Of a stretch of DNA of 64,000 nucleotides, positions 26,968-37,030 are shown in pieces (position 1 is the first letter of the stretch; each line of letters begins with the position of its first letter). The position numbers and the translations under genes are program-made. The DNA comes from Terriglobales bacterium (GTDB lineage Bacteria > Acidobacteriota > Terriglobia > Terriglobales > Acidobacteriaceae). The notes beneath the pieces are model-generated. The model was not told where the DNA came from, searched no databases, and saw only the letters and a list, made by a program, of their open reading frames with translations. The stretch covers positions 4,958-68,957 of the forward strand of contig DASZHW010000156.1 of NCBI GenBank assembly GCA_035937515.1, written 5' to 3'.

Positions 26968-28185
26968 ATGCCCGCTACCCCAACCCGCGAAATCGCCGCC
27001 GCGCAACGTCTGGATAACGTCCGTTACGCGATTCGCGATCTGGCTTCGGTGGCGGACGAGGTCACCCGGCAGGGTCACAAAGTCCTTTCCCTCAACGTCG
27101 GCGATCCCAACATCTTCGATTTCGTAACTCCGCCCCACCTGATCGAAGCGGTTCACAAGGCGATGCGGGACAATAAAAACGGATACGCCCCATCCCCTGG
27201 AATCCCGGAAGCTCTGGAGGCTATCCGCGCCGAAGCCATCCGCAAGGACATCTCCACGGTTCGCGACGTGTTCGTGACTTCGGGGGCGAGCGAGGCGGTG
27301 GACATGTGCCTCACTGCTCTGGTCAATCCGGGCGAGAACATTCTCACTCCCAGTCCCGACTACCCGCTCTATTCGGCGGTGTTGTCGAAGCTCGGCATTC
27401 CGGTCGTTACCTACAATCTGAATGAAGACGATGGCTGGCAACCCGACCTGATCGATTTGCAGCGCAAAATTACGGGCCGCACCCGCGCCATCGTGCTGAT
27501 CAATCCCAACAATCCCACCGGCGCCATGTGCTCCCGCCGAATGCTGGAGCAACTGGCGGAACTGGCGCGGCGCAACAATCTGGTCGTTTTTTCCGATGAA
27601 ATTTACGACAAGCTGATCCTGGACGGAGGAGAATCCTCGCAGCAGGTTTCCATTGCCGCCGTCGCTCCCGACCTCCCGGTCGTGACCTTCGGCGGGCTAT
27701 CCAAGAATTATCTTGCGCCCGGCTGGCGCATCGGCTGGGGCATAGTCAGCGGAGATGCGGCCGCAGTCAAACCCTATGTCGAAGGCATTCACCGGCTGCT
27801 GCGTTCCCGCCTGTGCGCCAACCATCCCGAACAATATGCGATCAAGGCTGCGCTGGAGGGGCCGCAAGGCCATCTGATTGAAGTCCGCGACAAACTGCGG
27901 GCTCGCCGCGATCTCACCGTCCGCTGGTGCAATTCGACTCCACGATTGAGTTGCGTCTCTCCCCTTGGCGCGTTTTACGCCTTTCCTCGTCTCGATATCC
28001 AGGAGGGCGACGACGTCTTCGTGAAGGAGTTGTGCCGGCAAAAGCACGTGCTGGTGGTGCATGGCTCGGGCTTCGGCCAGAAGCCCGGCACCCGTCACTT
28101 CCGCATCGTATTCCTGCCCGACGAGCCGACCTTGACCCAGGCCTACGCGGCGATTGGCGACTTCATGGCGGAAAGATACAAGTAG
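26968..28185 (+). CDS. class I/II PLP-dependent aminotransferase (alanine/aspartate aminotransferase-like)
   Basis: SKNYLAPGWRIGW Lys motif, INPNNPTG, typical 405-aa length. Confidence 0.88.
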   Translation: MPATPTREIAAAQRLDNVRYAIRDLASVADEVTRQGHKVLSLNVGDPNIFDFVTPPHLIEAVHKAMRDNKNGYAPSPGIPEALEAIRAEAIRKDISTVRDVFVTSGASEAVDMCLTALVNPGENILTPSPDYPLYSAVLSKLGIPVVTYNLNEDDGWQPDLIDLQRKITGRTRAIVLINPNNPTGAMCSRRMLEQLAELARRNNLVVFSDEIYDKLILDGGESSQQVSIAAVAPDLPVVTFGGLSKNYLAPGWRIGWGIVSGDAAAVKPYVEGIHRLLRSRLCANHPEQYAIKAALEGPQGHLIEVRDKLRARRDLTVRWCNSTPRLSCVSPLGAFYAFPRLDIQEGDDVFVKELCRQKHVLVVHGSGFGQKPGTRHFRIVFLPDEPTLTQAYAAIGDFMAERYK

Positions 28186-28283
28186 CTTGCCATCGTGATG
28201 CGGGTGCGCTGATACGGAGCGGGCATTTTTCCGCAAGCGGCGAGGAAATCCCCCAAGTCCATTTTCGGCTGGCAAAGTACTGT

Positions 28284-29498
28284 CTACTTTGGCGGCTGGG
28301 CGGGTGCTGCCTTTTGCGGCGCGGTTTTTTCCGCGGGCGCGATCTGCAGCGGCGGGGCCGGGACCTGGTCCGACTTGCGGGTGTCGACTGACACCACATT
28401 GAAGCTGCCGCTATCGTCGCGCATTTGAATCGTGGTGGTGGCTTGGGTCCCGGAGGCTCCGGACCGCACGATATCGATCGTCCTGGTGTTCACGCGCAGA
28501 CCTGAGTCCGTAGCTCCGGGATTGGGCTGCTCGACCTGCTGTTCGGTTTTCCCTCCGGCCGAGTCTTTCTTTTGCACGGTCGTGACTCGCTGGTTCAAAT
28601 GCAGCTTGCCGTCGCCCGTAAATCCGGGGATTTCCTTGGTATAGGTCTCGACCGTGCTGGTCTTCTGCTGACCGGAGTCTTCAGTCTCCTTGCCCACCGT
28701 GCGCGAAATTTCCTCGAGGTTCCCGTCGGAGCCGGGACGCGAGACCCGTTCCTCGCTGGTGCGATTCTTGCCTTCTTCCTTGATGGTGCTCTGCTTCACC
28801 TCGCCCACTTGCCACTTGCCGGTGCCGTCCGGGATCAGCGTGGTGGTTTTCACGTCCACGTTGCCGCCGCCGCTGCGCTTCTGCACTTCCTGGGTCTGCT
28901 GCACCGCAGCCATGCTCCCGCCCTGGGGCATGTAAACCGTGGTCCTGGTTTCCTGTCCGTCCGCACTGGTCTTCCGTCTGTCCGCGACTTCCCGCTGCAC
29001 GACCTGCAGGCTCCCATTCGAATCCGGATTCGAAGTAGTGCGCACCAGCTTGCCATCCCCGTTGGCTGAACTCTGCGCTACTTCTTCCGTCACCTGGGTA
29101 AGACTGCGGTGTCCGTCCGAATCCCGGCCGTAGGACCGCACCACGGTCCGGGTGGTGGTGGCATTGACCTGGATGGTTTCGGTCTCCGTGTCGAGAAAGG
29201 GCTGGTAGGAACCGTCGGCTTCTCGCACCTCAACGCTTTTCTTGTCCACAGTCCGGTTGCCGGATTTGTTGTGGCTTTCCGTGGTGCGTGATGGCGTTCC
29301 GCTTCCGGAAGTCTGCGTGGTCGCAGTCCAAGGTTTATCGTTTTTATCTTTATCGTTGCCGGGAGGTGCAGTCTGCGCCTGTGCACACAGAACCGGAGCG
29401 GCGCAAAGAATCGCAGAGAGCAGGACCAGGCAGAGCGGGTTCAGTTGGCGGGCAGGGAGGTTCATGGGGGATGGGTCTCCCGAAGAAGTTTGATGCAC
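28284..29498 (-). CDS. hypothetical secreted Thr/Gly/Gln-rich repeat protein
   Basis: Signal peptide (LVLLSAILCAAPVLCAQA); internally repetitive beta-like modules (GDGKL...V..V). Confidence 0.5.
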   Translation of the reverse strand: MHQTSSGDPSPMNLPARQLNPLCLVLLSAILCAAPVLCAQAQTAPPGNDKDKNDKPWTATTQTSGSGTPSRTTESHNKSGNRTVDKKSVEVREADGSYQPFLDTETETIQVNATTTRTVVRSYGRDSDGHRSLTQVTEEVAQSSANGDGKLVRTTSNPDSNGSLQVVQREVADRRKTSADGQETRTTVYMPQGGSMAAVQQTQEVQKRSGGGNVDVKTTTLIPDGTGKWQVGEVKQSTIKEEGKNRTSEERVSRPGSDGNLEEISRTVGKETEDSGQQKTSTVETYTKEIPGFTGDGKLHLNQRVTTVQKKDSAGGKTEQQVEQPNPGATDSGLRVNTRTIDIVRSGASGTQATTTIQMRDDSGSFNVVSVDTRKSDQVPAPPLQIAPAEKTAPQKAAPAQPPK

Positions 29499-29690
29499 TG
29501 CTGACCATTATAGTCAGACCACAATTCTGCTGTGTGTCCACGGCCCAACTACTTCGAGAGCGAGCCGAGATGCCGGTTACCACAATGACGAAAGTTTATC
29601 GGGGACGGAGCTGCCTCCCCCGTTGTCTTGGCCTTTTATACAAAATCTGCTTAAATCAGGAATTACAACCCTCCCTCATCGGAAGCTCGC

Positions 29691-30431
29691 TTGATCGATA
29701 TCCATTGCCATCTTCTGCCGGCCGTAGACGACGGTTCCAAGTCCTGGGACATGTCGGTGGAAATGTGCCGCATGGCGGCCAAGGACGGCATTGAACACAT
29801 CGTCGCCACGCCCCACGCCAACGAACGCTTTCGCTACAACCGGGCGGACCTGGCCGGCCATCTCGAACATCTCCGGGGGCTGGTGGGGCAGTCACCGCAG
29901 TTGAGCCTGGGCTGCGACTTTCATCTTTCCTACGACAATCTGCAGGATGTTCTGGTTTCGCCCGAACGCTACACCATCGAAGGCAGCCACTATTTGCTGG
30001 TGGAGTTGAGCAACTACAGCATCCCGTCCCAGATCAACGAGTGTTTCACCCGAATGGCGGATGTGGGCATCAAGCCTGTCATCACTCATCCCGAACGCAA
30101 TCCCATCCTGCAGGACACCCAGCATCGGATCCTGGAATGGGTGGATCAGGGTTGCGCGGTGCAAGTGACCGCATCGGCCGTGACCGGCGGATGGGGACCG
30201 AAGGCGACTCGGATCGCCGAGTGGCTGCTCGAACGAGAGGCGGTCCATGTGCTGGCTACCGACGCTCACGACACCAGGCACCGCATCCCTTCCCTCTCCG
30301 CCGCTAGGGAAAAGGTGGCCAAGCTCCGTAGCGCCGAAGTGGCCCGGGCCCTGGTCGACGACAATCCTCGCGCCATCATACACGACGAGGAGCTGCCTTA
30401 CTTTCCCGACCCAGTGATGAATGACAAGTAG
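29691..30431 (+). CDS. PHP-family protein-tyrosine phosphatase (CpsB/YwqE-like)
   Basis: Canonical N-terminus MIDIHCHLLPAVDDG (TTG start), ATPH and THPER motifs. Confidence 0.8.
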   Translation: MIDIHCHLLPAVDDGSKSWDMSVEMCRMAAKDGIEHIVATPHANERFRYNRADLAGHLEHLRGLVGQSPQLSLGCDFHLSYDNLQDVLVSPERYTIEGSHYLLVELSNYSIPSQINECFTRMADVGIKPVITHPERNPILQDTQHRILEWVDQGCAVQVTASAVTGGWGPKATRIAEWLLEREAVHVLATDAHDTRHRIPSLSAAREKVAKLRSAEVARALVDDNPRAIIHDEELPYFPDPVMNDK

Positions 30432-30485
30432 TCGGTGGGCCGTCCTCTTGAGCGCCTGAGACGAGGGATCCCGGGGGCGCTATTT

Positions 30486-31010
30486 CTATTTCTGAGGGGG
30501 ATTCGCCAAGACCGGTTCGCCGACGGGAGTCGCAGTGACCGGGGCCGCAGAGGCGGCGGGCGTCGAATGAAGGGTCTTGGCCTGGGACGTCATGGCGCTT
30601 TCCGGGTTTAACAGGTGCTCGTGGTCTGGCCCCAGGCCTAGCTTGATCAGGGCCCGGGCGTCAGGAACCTGCTTGCTCTGCCAACCGTTCTCCGCCTGGT
30701 AACGTTCCATCGCCTTCTGGGAGCTGGCGTCCCAGGTCCCGGAGGCCGTTCCTTCCAGATAATGCTCGCGAATCAGCGCTTCCTGGATTTCGCGGGCCCG
30801 CGGCGGATCAATTTTCTCCTGCCCGCGGCGTCGCGCGCTCTTGCGTGACTTCTTGCCTTTGTGGGTAGCATGCGTGGACGCTGTCCCCTTGGTGTTCGCC
30901 GAAGCCGAGTTGGAACTGGTCTGTCCTGCCGCCACGCCGCATAGCAGAATGGCGGCGCATGCAGCGCCCAACAGGCCGGTCGGAATGAACCCGTAAAGTC
31001 GCAAAGTCAT
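30486..31010 (-). CDS. secreted protein with peptidoglycan-binding-like domain
   Basis: Signal peptide after an internal ATG; IQEALIREHYLEGTASGTWDASSQKAMERYQ resembles a PG_binding_1 repeat. Confidence 0.5.
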   Translation of the reverse strand: MTLRLYGFIPTGLLGAACAAILLCGVAAGQTSSNSASANTKGTASTHATHKGKKSRKSARRRGQEKIDPPRAREIQEALIREHYLEGTASGTWDASSQKAMERYQAENGWQSKQVPDARALIKLGLGPDHEHLLNPESAMTSQAKTLHSTPAASAAPVTATPVGEPVLANPPQK

Positions 31011-31126
31011 CGCCCCGGAAAGAGGTTTCTCAGCCCGCCGCCAGAGGATTTTGGCTCCTGGCGGGCAGGGGGAATGATCCCTGATTCCCGGCCCTGCTGC
31101 CAGTCCCCAACGGGCCAGCACCAAGG

Positions 31127-32701
31127 TTACGGAAGGGTACCGGCCAGGAAGATGGTTCCACCCTGGCGGCCCGCGCCCCGCTGGCGAACCAGGAACACCA
31201 CATCCTGTCCGCTCTTCAGCGTGCCCGAAACCCGGCTGAAGCCCTCCTCGCTGTTAACCGTCTCCCTATTAATCTCAAGGATAATATCGCCACGGGTCAA
31301 GCCGACATCTTCGGCAAAGGAACCAGGCTTTACATCCTGGACGATTACACCCTTGCCGGCGGGGACGTCGAGGCGGTCTGCCATCTCCTGGGTCAGGGAC
31401 CGTACATTTACCCCGAGCTTACTCTCCTTGGGACTTGCTTCCGCGCTCCCCTCCTCTTCATCGCCCAGACGCGCGGCAAACAGCTTGGCCCGGTCGGTGA
31501 CGGTGACCGTGGCTTCCTGTTTCTTGCTGCCGCGGATGAATCCGACGGTAACCTTGGAGCTGGGTTTGCGGGCCGCGATATCGGCGACCAGTTCATCGCC
31601 ATTTTTCACCGGCTTGCCATCGATCGCGACGATGGTGTCGCCCACCTTAAGGCCAGCCTGTTCGGCAGGACTGCCCGGAGTCACATCCGAGATGGTCACC
31701 CCCGAGCCGGTTCCGTACACTCGCGCGATGGCAGGATTCTCCACCGCGTTGAACATGATTCCAATGGAGCCGCGCGCTACCCGGTGGTCAGGACCGACGA
31801 GCTGGTTGTAAACCTGCACCACAGTATTGGAAGGCAAGGCGAAGCCTACGCCCGCATAAGCGTTAGTGTCGGTGAGGATCGCAGTGTTGATGCCGATCAC
31901 TTCGCCGGCCATGTTCACCAGGGGGCCTCCGGAATTGCCCGGGTTGATGGCGGCGTCGGTCTGAATAAATGACTGGAACTGCCGGTTGGGGACAATGTTG
32001 CGTCCTTTCGCGGAGACGATTCCGGCGGTCACGGTTTCCTGCAGTCCAAACGGACTCCCGACGGCCAACACCCAGTCCCCGACCTGCATGCCGTCAGAAT
32101 TCCCCAGCCTGGCCGTGGGCAGCGGCTTGTCGCTCTCAATCTTGATGACTGCCAGGTCGGTTTCCTGGTCCGAGCCAACCACCTTGGCGTCGCGCACCAG
32201 CCCCGGGGGATCGTCCTGCAGCTTCACCCGGATGCGGTCCGCTTTTTCGACGACATGGCGGTTGGTGACGATGTAGCCCTTGGGATCCACGATCACTCCC
32301 GAACCCAGCGATCTTTCCCGGATCGCGCCACCTCCGCCGCCCCCGGGTCCGCCCTGGCCGCCGAAAAAGCGGTCAAAGAAATCGTCGAACGGATTCGCGT
32401 CGTCGTCATTGGGATTGGCCCGGCGCCGGCGTTGGGTCTTGATGGTGGATTCGGTGTTGATATTTACCACGCTGGGCTCGAGCTGCTTGGCAATCTGTGA
32501 GAACTGGTTGGACAGCGTCTGCGGGGAAGGCACGCTCAGCATGGCCGCGTCGGAGGCCGTCTTTTTGTCCTGCCCTTTGACGTTATAGGACACCACGGTG
32601 CCAATCAGGATGCCGACGGTCAAGGTGAGCAGGATCAGGAGGGTATACGCGAAACCATTGGCCCTCAAACGTACCCAAACAGCGCTTGCGCCCGAATCCA
32701 T
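31127..32701 (-). CDS. Do/HtrA/DegP-family periplasmic serine protease with two PDZ domains
   Basis: Trypsin-like core (TNRHVV, DLAVIK, GNSGGPL), then two PDZ-like segments. Confidence 0.92.
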   Translation of the reverse strand: MDSGASAVWVRLRANGFAYTLLILLTLTVGILIGTVVSYNVKGQDKKTASDAAMLSVPSPQTLSNQFSQIAKQLEPSVVNINTESTIKTQRRRRANPNDDDANPFDDFFDRFFGGQGGPGGGGGGAIRERSLGSGVIVDPKGYIVTNRHVVEKADRIRVKLQDDPPGLVRDAKVVGSDQETDLAVIKIESDKPLPTARLGNSDGMQVGDWVLAVGSPFGLQETVTAGIVSAKGRNIVPNRQFQSFIQTDAAINPGNSGGPLVNMAGEVIGINTAILTDTNAYAGVGFALPSNTVVQVYNQLVGPDHRVARGSIGIMFNAVENPAIARVYGTGSGVTISDVTPGSPAEQAGLKVGDTIVAIDGKPVKNGDELVADIAARKPSSKVTVGFIRGSKKQEATVTVTDRAKLFAARLGDEEEGSAEASPKESKLGVNVRSLTQEMADRLDVPAGKGVIVQDVKPGSFAEDVGLTRGDIILEINRETVNSEEGFSRVSGTLKSGQDVVFLVRQRGAGRQGGTIFLAGTLP

Positions 32702-32730
32702 AAGGACTGCCTCCGAGATGATGACTTCTG

Positions 32731-32736
32731 ATTATA
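32731..32736 (-). promoter_or_regulatory. candidate -10 hexamer (TATAAT on minus strand) upstream of the htrA-like gene
   Basis: Exact TATAAT about 30 nt upstream of the ATG; no convincing -35. Confidence 0.2.
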
Positions 32737-32834
32737 CCTTCCGGGAAACAGGAGACGCCAAATCCGGCCGGACACACGGCTCCCCAGGGGTTAGACGCCC
32801 GCATCGAGCAAAAGTGTTGCACCGCGGCCCCGGG

Positions 32835-34445
32835 TCACGCCACGTGCGGCGAACCCGCCTCGCGCAGGTCGAGCTCGTGTTCGAGCTGGCGCAGGGTTTC
32901 GTCGTTGATCCGGCCCTGATTGCGCAAGCGCACTGCAGTCTGCCTTTCCATCCGCAGCAATTCGCGGGCGACGTGCGCCAGCCGCTTGTGATGTTTTGGG
33001 CCCAGGCCGCATGCGGCGGCGTCTTTTCCCGTGATCGCGTTCAGGCGCTGCTGATAGTGTTCTGCGAGGTCGTCGTACAGCGCGTCGAATTCGGATCCAT
33101 CCTGCTGACGCGATTCCCGCAGATAATCGAGCCCCGCCTGGATGATTTCCTGCCGCGCCGACTCCTCCTCTACATTCGGACCCTCCGCCACCGCTAGGCC
33201 GAGAATGCGCACCAGTAGGGGCAGCGTAAGCCCCTGCAGAACCAGGGTAACGAAGATCACACAGAAGGCGAGAAAAACAATCAGATTGCGCTGCGCAAAC
33301 AGTTGGCCGTTGGCCAGGGTCTGGGGCAGCGCGATGGCGGCCGCCAGCGCGATCACTCCGCGCATTCCGGCCCAGCCCAGCACCAAAATGCTGCGCGCCG
33401 AAGGCATTTTTTCATTCTGGTGAAGCAGGCGGGTGCGAATCCGGTTGGCAAGAAATGCACCTGGGAACAACCAGATCAGTCGTAGCGCGATCACCATGAA
33501 GCTGAACAGCGCGCCGTACCAGATCAGCGTCCGGTGACTATAGCCGTGAATTCCAGCCAGCACGAAAGGCAGTTGCAGGCCGATCATGACAAAAACCAGA
33601 CCGTTCAGGATGAAAGTCAGGGCTTCCCAGACTCCCCAGGCTTGCAGTCGCACGCCCGGTGAGAAAAATTCGGAACTGCGGCGGCTGAGGTAAAGGCCGC
33701 AGGTCACAACCGCCAGCACGCCGGAAGCACGCAGAGTATCCGCTCCCAGGTAGGTAGCGTAGGGCACCAGGATGCTGATGGCGATTTCGATGGGACCATC
33801 GTCAATGCGGCGCTCAATGCGATCCACAATCCAACCTACGATCAGGCCAATCACGATACCGGCCACCGTGAGGTAGGCCAGGCGAAACAGACCGTCCGAC
33901 AGCGATGGCGTCTGGTCACGCACCACCATGGCAATCCCGAACTCGAGCGCGAGCAGGCCGGTGGCGTCATTGACCAAGCTCTCGCCTTCGAGGATGTCCA
34001 CAATTTGTTTCGGCAGTCCGATGCGTCTGGCAATGGATGTGGCCGCCAGCGCATCCGTGGGCGCCACCACTGCGCCCAGCACAAAGCCGGTCTTCCAGTC
34101 GAACCCCGCAAACAGCCAGTGCGCGCCTGCCGCTACTCCCAGAACCGTGAACGCCACCAACCCAAAGGCCAGAAACATGATGCTCACCAGGTGGTAGTGA
34201 AATTCACGCCACGAAGTGAGCCAGGCGGCGGAGTAAAGCAACGGCGGAAGAATGATGTAGAAAACTACGTCAGGACGCAGAGTAAATCTGGGAAGTCCGG
34301 GAACGAAGCCGAGCAGGGTTCCCGCCAGCACCAGCACGATGGGATAAGGAAGCTGGAGCTTCCGCGCCAGCGATCCGAAGGCCACCACGAAAAGAAGCAG
34401 CAGCAGGAAAACCAGTTCCAACCCTTGAATGCCGCCAGTCTGCAT
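32835..34445 (-). CDS. Na+/H+ antiporter (CPA1, NhaP type) with cytoplasmic C-terminal domain
   Basis: About 12 TM segments; ATDALA, GESLVNDATG and GMRGVIALAAA motifs. Confidence 0.9.
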   Translation of the reverse strand: MQTGGIQGLELVFLLLLLFVVAFGSLARKLQLPYPIVLVLAGTLLGFVPGLPRFTLRPDVVFYIILPPLLYSAAWLTSWREFHYHLVSIMFLAFGLVAFTVLGVAAGAHWLFAGFDWKTGFVLGAVVAPTDALAATSIARRIGLPKQIVDILEGESLVNDATGLLALEFGIAMVVRDQTPSLSDGLFRLAYLTVAGIVIGLIVGWIVDRIERRIDDGPIEIAISILVPYATYLGADTLRASGVLAVVTCGLYLSRRSSEFFSPGVRLQAWGVWEALTFILNGLVFVMIGLQLPFVLAGIHGYSHRTLIWYGALFSFMVIALRLIWLFPGAFLANRIRTRLLHQNEKMPSARSILVLGWAGMRGVIALAAAIALPQTLANGQLFAQRNLIVFLAFCVIFVTLVLQGLTLPLLVRILGLAVAEGPNVEEESARQEIIQAGLDYLRESRQQDGSEFDALYDDLAEHYQQRLNAITGKDAAACGLGPKHHKRLAHVARELLRMERQTAVRLRNQGRINDETLRQLEHELDLREAGSPHVA

Positions 34446-34463
34446 CGTTGCGAAGTCTCCCCT

Positions 34464-34515
34464 TTGGGGCCGAAACTTGGGGCCGAAGCTTGGGGCCGAA
34501 GCTTGGAGCCGAAGC
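34464..34515. repeat. 13-nt tandem repeat x4 (TTGGGGCCGAAAC TTGGGGCCGAAGC TTGGGGCCGAAGC TTGGAGCCGAAGC)
   Basis: Read directly; lies in the 5-prime leader of the antiporter gene, 19-70 nt upstream of its ATG. Confidence 0.9.
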
Positions 34516-34672
34516 CCGCCGTCCGGTTCATTCTATGCTCAGCTTAATCTTCCTTCTTGCCGTCTTTTTCTGGCGGTCGTGAGAGCGCCTTCTGGGTTTC
34601 AAGGGGGCGCCGTCCCGGGGGCACGGCGTGGCGGGCGCAAACCCAAGCTTCTGGGATCCGGGGAAAAAGTGC

Positions 34673-34701
34673 TTGACGTGACCGGACAGTTACGTTACTA
34701 T
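34673..34701 (+). promoter_or_regulatory. candidate sigma-70 promoter TTGACG-N17-TACTAT for the SRPBCC-ArsR-DUF899 operon
   Basis: Hexamers and 17-nt spacing read directly, about 45 nt upstream of ATG 34748. A GTGAC...GTCAC inverted repeat overlaps the -35 to +1 region. Confidence 0.4.
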
Positions 34702-34747
34702 TTTGTCACATAATAATTCCCCGATTGAAAACGCAAAGGAGAAAACG

Positions 34748-35176
34748 ATGAAGCTGGACGACATGATCCTCGACGTTGAGCAGCAGATAGAAATCAAAGC
34801 CCCGCCGGAGAAGGTGTTCGCGGCGGTCCTGCATCGCTTCGGAAAAGGCAACACCACACCGGACGGCAAATCCATGCAATTACTTCTGGAGGCGAAACCC
34901 GGAGGGCGCTGGTACCGCGACCGCGGCAACGGGATCGGGCACCTGTGGGGCTTCGTGCAGGTCATCAGGCCGCCCACGCTGCTGGAATTGAGCGGCCCCA
35001 TGTTCATGTCGTACCCCGTGAACAACCATGTGGAAGTCAAAATCGCGGAGGCTGCGGGAGGCTGCAGACTGTCTCTCCACCACCGCGCCATCGGCATGAT
35101 CGATCCTGAGCATCGCAAGGGTGTGGGAACGGGATGGAGTCACATGCTCGATGACATCAGAAAGGACTGCGCGTAG
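34748..35176 (+). CDS. SRPBCC / Aha1-domain protein
   Basis: AAGGAG SD 6 nt upstream. IEIKAPPEKVF start and WxxxL pattern are typical of the AHSA1/SRPBCC family commonly paired with ArsR. Confidence 0.7.
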   Translation: MKLDDMILDVEQQIEIKAPPEKVFAAVLHRFGKGNTTPDGKSMQLLLEAKPGGRWYRDRGNGIGHLWGFVQVIRPPTLLELSGPMFMSYPVNNHVEVKIAEAAGGCRLSLHHRAIGMIDPEHRKGVGTGWSHMLDDIRKDCA

Positions 35177-35201
35177 CGGCGTGCGAAAAATCGCTGCTGG
35201 G

Positions 35202-35558
35202 ATGGCCGACGAACTGGACCCGGTGTGGAAGGCGCTCTCCGATCCTACGCGGCGCGCGATTCTGGATTTTTTGCGGGATCGTCCCCGCACCACGACCGAA
35301 ATCGTGGAGTGGTTCCCGCGCCTGACCCGCTTCGGGGTGATGAAACATCTCGAGGTGCTGCGCCAGGCTGGGCTGGTCCAAACTCGCGAACAGGGAAGGC
35401 AGCGGGTGAACTCGTTAAACGTCTTCCCCATACGCCGGATCTACGAGCGCTGGGTGACCCCGTTTCAGGAGCTGTGGTCAAGCCAGCTCCTGGGGATCAA
35501 GGCCCTGGCCGAAAAGGAAAGCAGCGGTGGCAAACGACGGTCGCGCAAAAAGGATTAG
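35202..35558 (+). CDS. ArsR/SmtB-family transcriptional regulator
   Basis: LSDPTRRAILDFL...TTTEIVEWF...VMKHLEVLRQAGLV winged-HTH signature. Start is uncertain (alternative 35151). Confidence 0.8.
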   Translation: MADELDPVWKALSDPTRRAILDFLRDRPRTTTEIVEWFPRLTRFGVMKHLEVLRQAGLVQTREQGRQRVNSLNVFPIRRIYERWVTPFQELWSSQLLGIKALAEKESSGGKRRSRKKD

Positions 35559-35648
35559 GATTTCAGGTTGTCATAGCGATCAGAGCAGGAAAGCAACTCG
35601 AATCTGTTGAAAACCAAAAAACCAAGGAAGGAATTACGGAGAACGCAT

Positions 35649-36461
35649 ATGAGCGAACTACTTACCCGCACAGCAATTCAAAACCATGAAGTCGTTTCCT
35701 CTCAGGAATGGATCGCCGCTCGAAAAGAGCTGCTCCGGAAAGAGAAGGAATTTACCCGCCTGCGTGACGAGCTAAGCCGGCAGCGCCGCGAACTTCCGTG
35801 GGAGAAAGTCGAAAAGCAATACGTCTTTGACGGGCCCAACGGCAAGGAGACCCTGGCCGGGCTCTTTGACGGCCGCAGCCAATTGATCGTGTATCACTTC
35901 ATGTTCGGTCCGGGATGGGAGGCAGGATGTCCGAGCTGTTCCTATCTGGCCGATCACTTCGACGGCACCTTGATCCATCTCGCGCATCGCGACGTTACGC
36001 TGGCCGTGATCTCACGAGCGCCCCTCGATCAAGTCGAGACCTTCAAGAAACGCATGGGCTGGCGCTTCCGCTGGGTGTCGTCGTTCGCCAACGAATTCAA
36101 TCGCGACTATCACGTGTCGTTTACCAAGGATGAACTGGCCGCTGGCAAGGTGGACTACAACTACGGACCGTTGCAGTTCCCCATTGAGGAAGCGCCCGGG
36201 ACGAGTGTGTTCTACAAGAATGAGGCCGGCGAAATCTTCCACACTTATTCCGCCTATTCTCGCGGGCTCGATATCTTGATCGGCACCTACAACTTCCTGG
36301 ACCTCGCCCCTAAAGGCCGCGACGAAGAGGGCTTGACCCACTCGATGGCCTGGGTCCGTCACCATGACCGGTACGACGCGGGATACTTCGTCGATCCAAA
36401 GCAGGAATACATCGCCCCCAAGAAAACGGATTCGTCCTGCTGTGGAGACCACCACTCGTGA
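35649..36461 (+). CDS. DUF899 thioredoxin-like family protein
   Basis: WIAARKELLRKEKEFTRLRDEL...LIVYHFMFGP...CPSCS pattern characteristic of DUF899. Confidence 0.8.
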   Translation: MSELLTRTAIQNHEVVSSQEWIAARKELLRKEKEFTRLRDELSRQRRELPWEKVEKQYVFDGPNGKETLAGLFDGRSQLIVYHFMFGPGWEAGCPSCSYLADHFDGTLIHLAHRDVTLAVISRAPLDQVETFKKRMGWRFRWVSSFANEFNRDYHVSFTKDELAAGKVDYNYGPLQFPIEEAPGTSVFYKNEAGEIFHTYSAYSRGLDILIGTYNFLDLAPKGRDEEGLTHSMAWVRHHDRYDAGYFVDPKQEYIAPKKTDSSCCGDHHS

Positions 36462-37030
36462 GTACTGATGGTTTGAGCATAGATCGTTGCTGCGAACTGG
36501 CGTCGGGCAGGTCTACTGCTGAAGTGAGAGCGGAGCGGACCACCGTTGGTGGTCCCCTTCCTCCCTCTTCGCCGGTAAGAGCTTCGGCGGTGCGAGCTTG
36601 GGCGCTGCGAGCTGGAACGTCTGCCGGGTGGGTCGTTCCAGGGACAGTCCTGGCGCTCTTGCCAAAGTGTCCGGCGTGCCTGGCAGCCTACGTTCTGATT
36701 GGAACCGGAGTCGGAGTTTCGGTTCTCGCCGCGACTTACCTGCGAATGATTCTGGTCATGCTGTGCCTGTCGTCGATTTTGTATTTTGCGGCAAAACGGG
36801 TGCGCGTTGTTTCGCGCGCATTACTTCGCTTCCCACACCGTCTTGCCGCCGACCACGGTCCTGAGCACTTTGGTTCCCAGAACTTTTTCCGGCGCGACCG
36901 AGGTAATGTCCCGGTCCAGCACCACCAGGTCGGCCAACATGCCCGGAGCCAGAGTTCCCTTCTCCTTCTCCGTAAACTCGGCGAAGGCCGAGCCCGTGGT
37001 ATAGGCGGAGATGGCCTGCTCCATATTTAG
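36458..37030 (+). CDS. possible small membrane protein with CPAC motif (3-prime end doubtful)
   Basis: GTGA overlap with the DUF899 stop; hydrophobic core LALLPKCPACLAAYVLIGTGVGV...LVMLCLSSILYFAA. The reading frame then runs 210 nt antisense into the convergent amidohydrolase. Confidence 0.3.
   Translation: MSTDGLSIDRCCELASGRSTAEVRAERTTVGGPLPPSSPVRASAVRAWALRAGTSAGWVVPGTVLALLPKCPACLAAYVLIGTGVGVSVLAATYLRMILVMLCLSSILYFAAKRVRVVSRALLRFPHRLAADHGPEHFGSQNFFRRDRGNVPVQHHQVGQHARSQSSLLLLRKLGEGRARGIGGDGLLHI

Noticed and set aside
25230-26969. 579-aa ORF on the minus strand
   Set aside because: It is entirely antisense to the well-supported aldehyde dehydrogenase (25290..26828). The composition is Gly/Ala/His/Arg-rich with no recognisable motifs, a typical high-GC antisense artefact.
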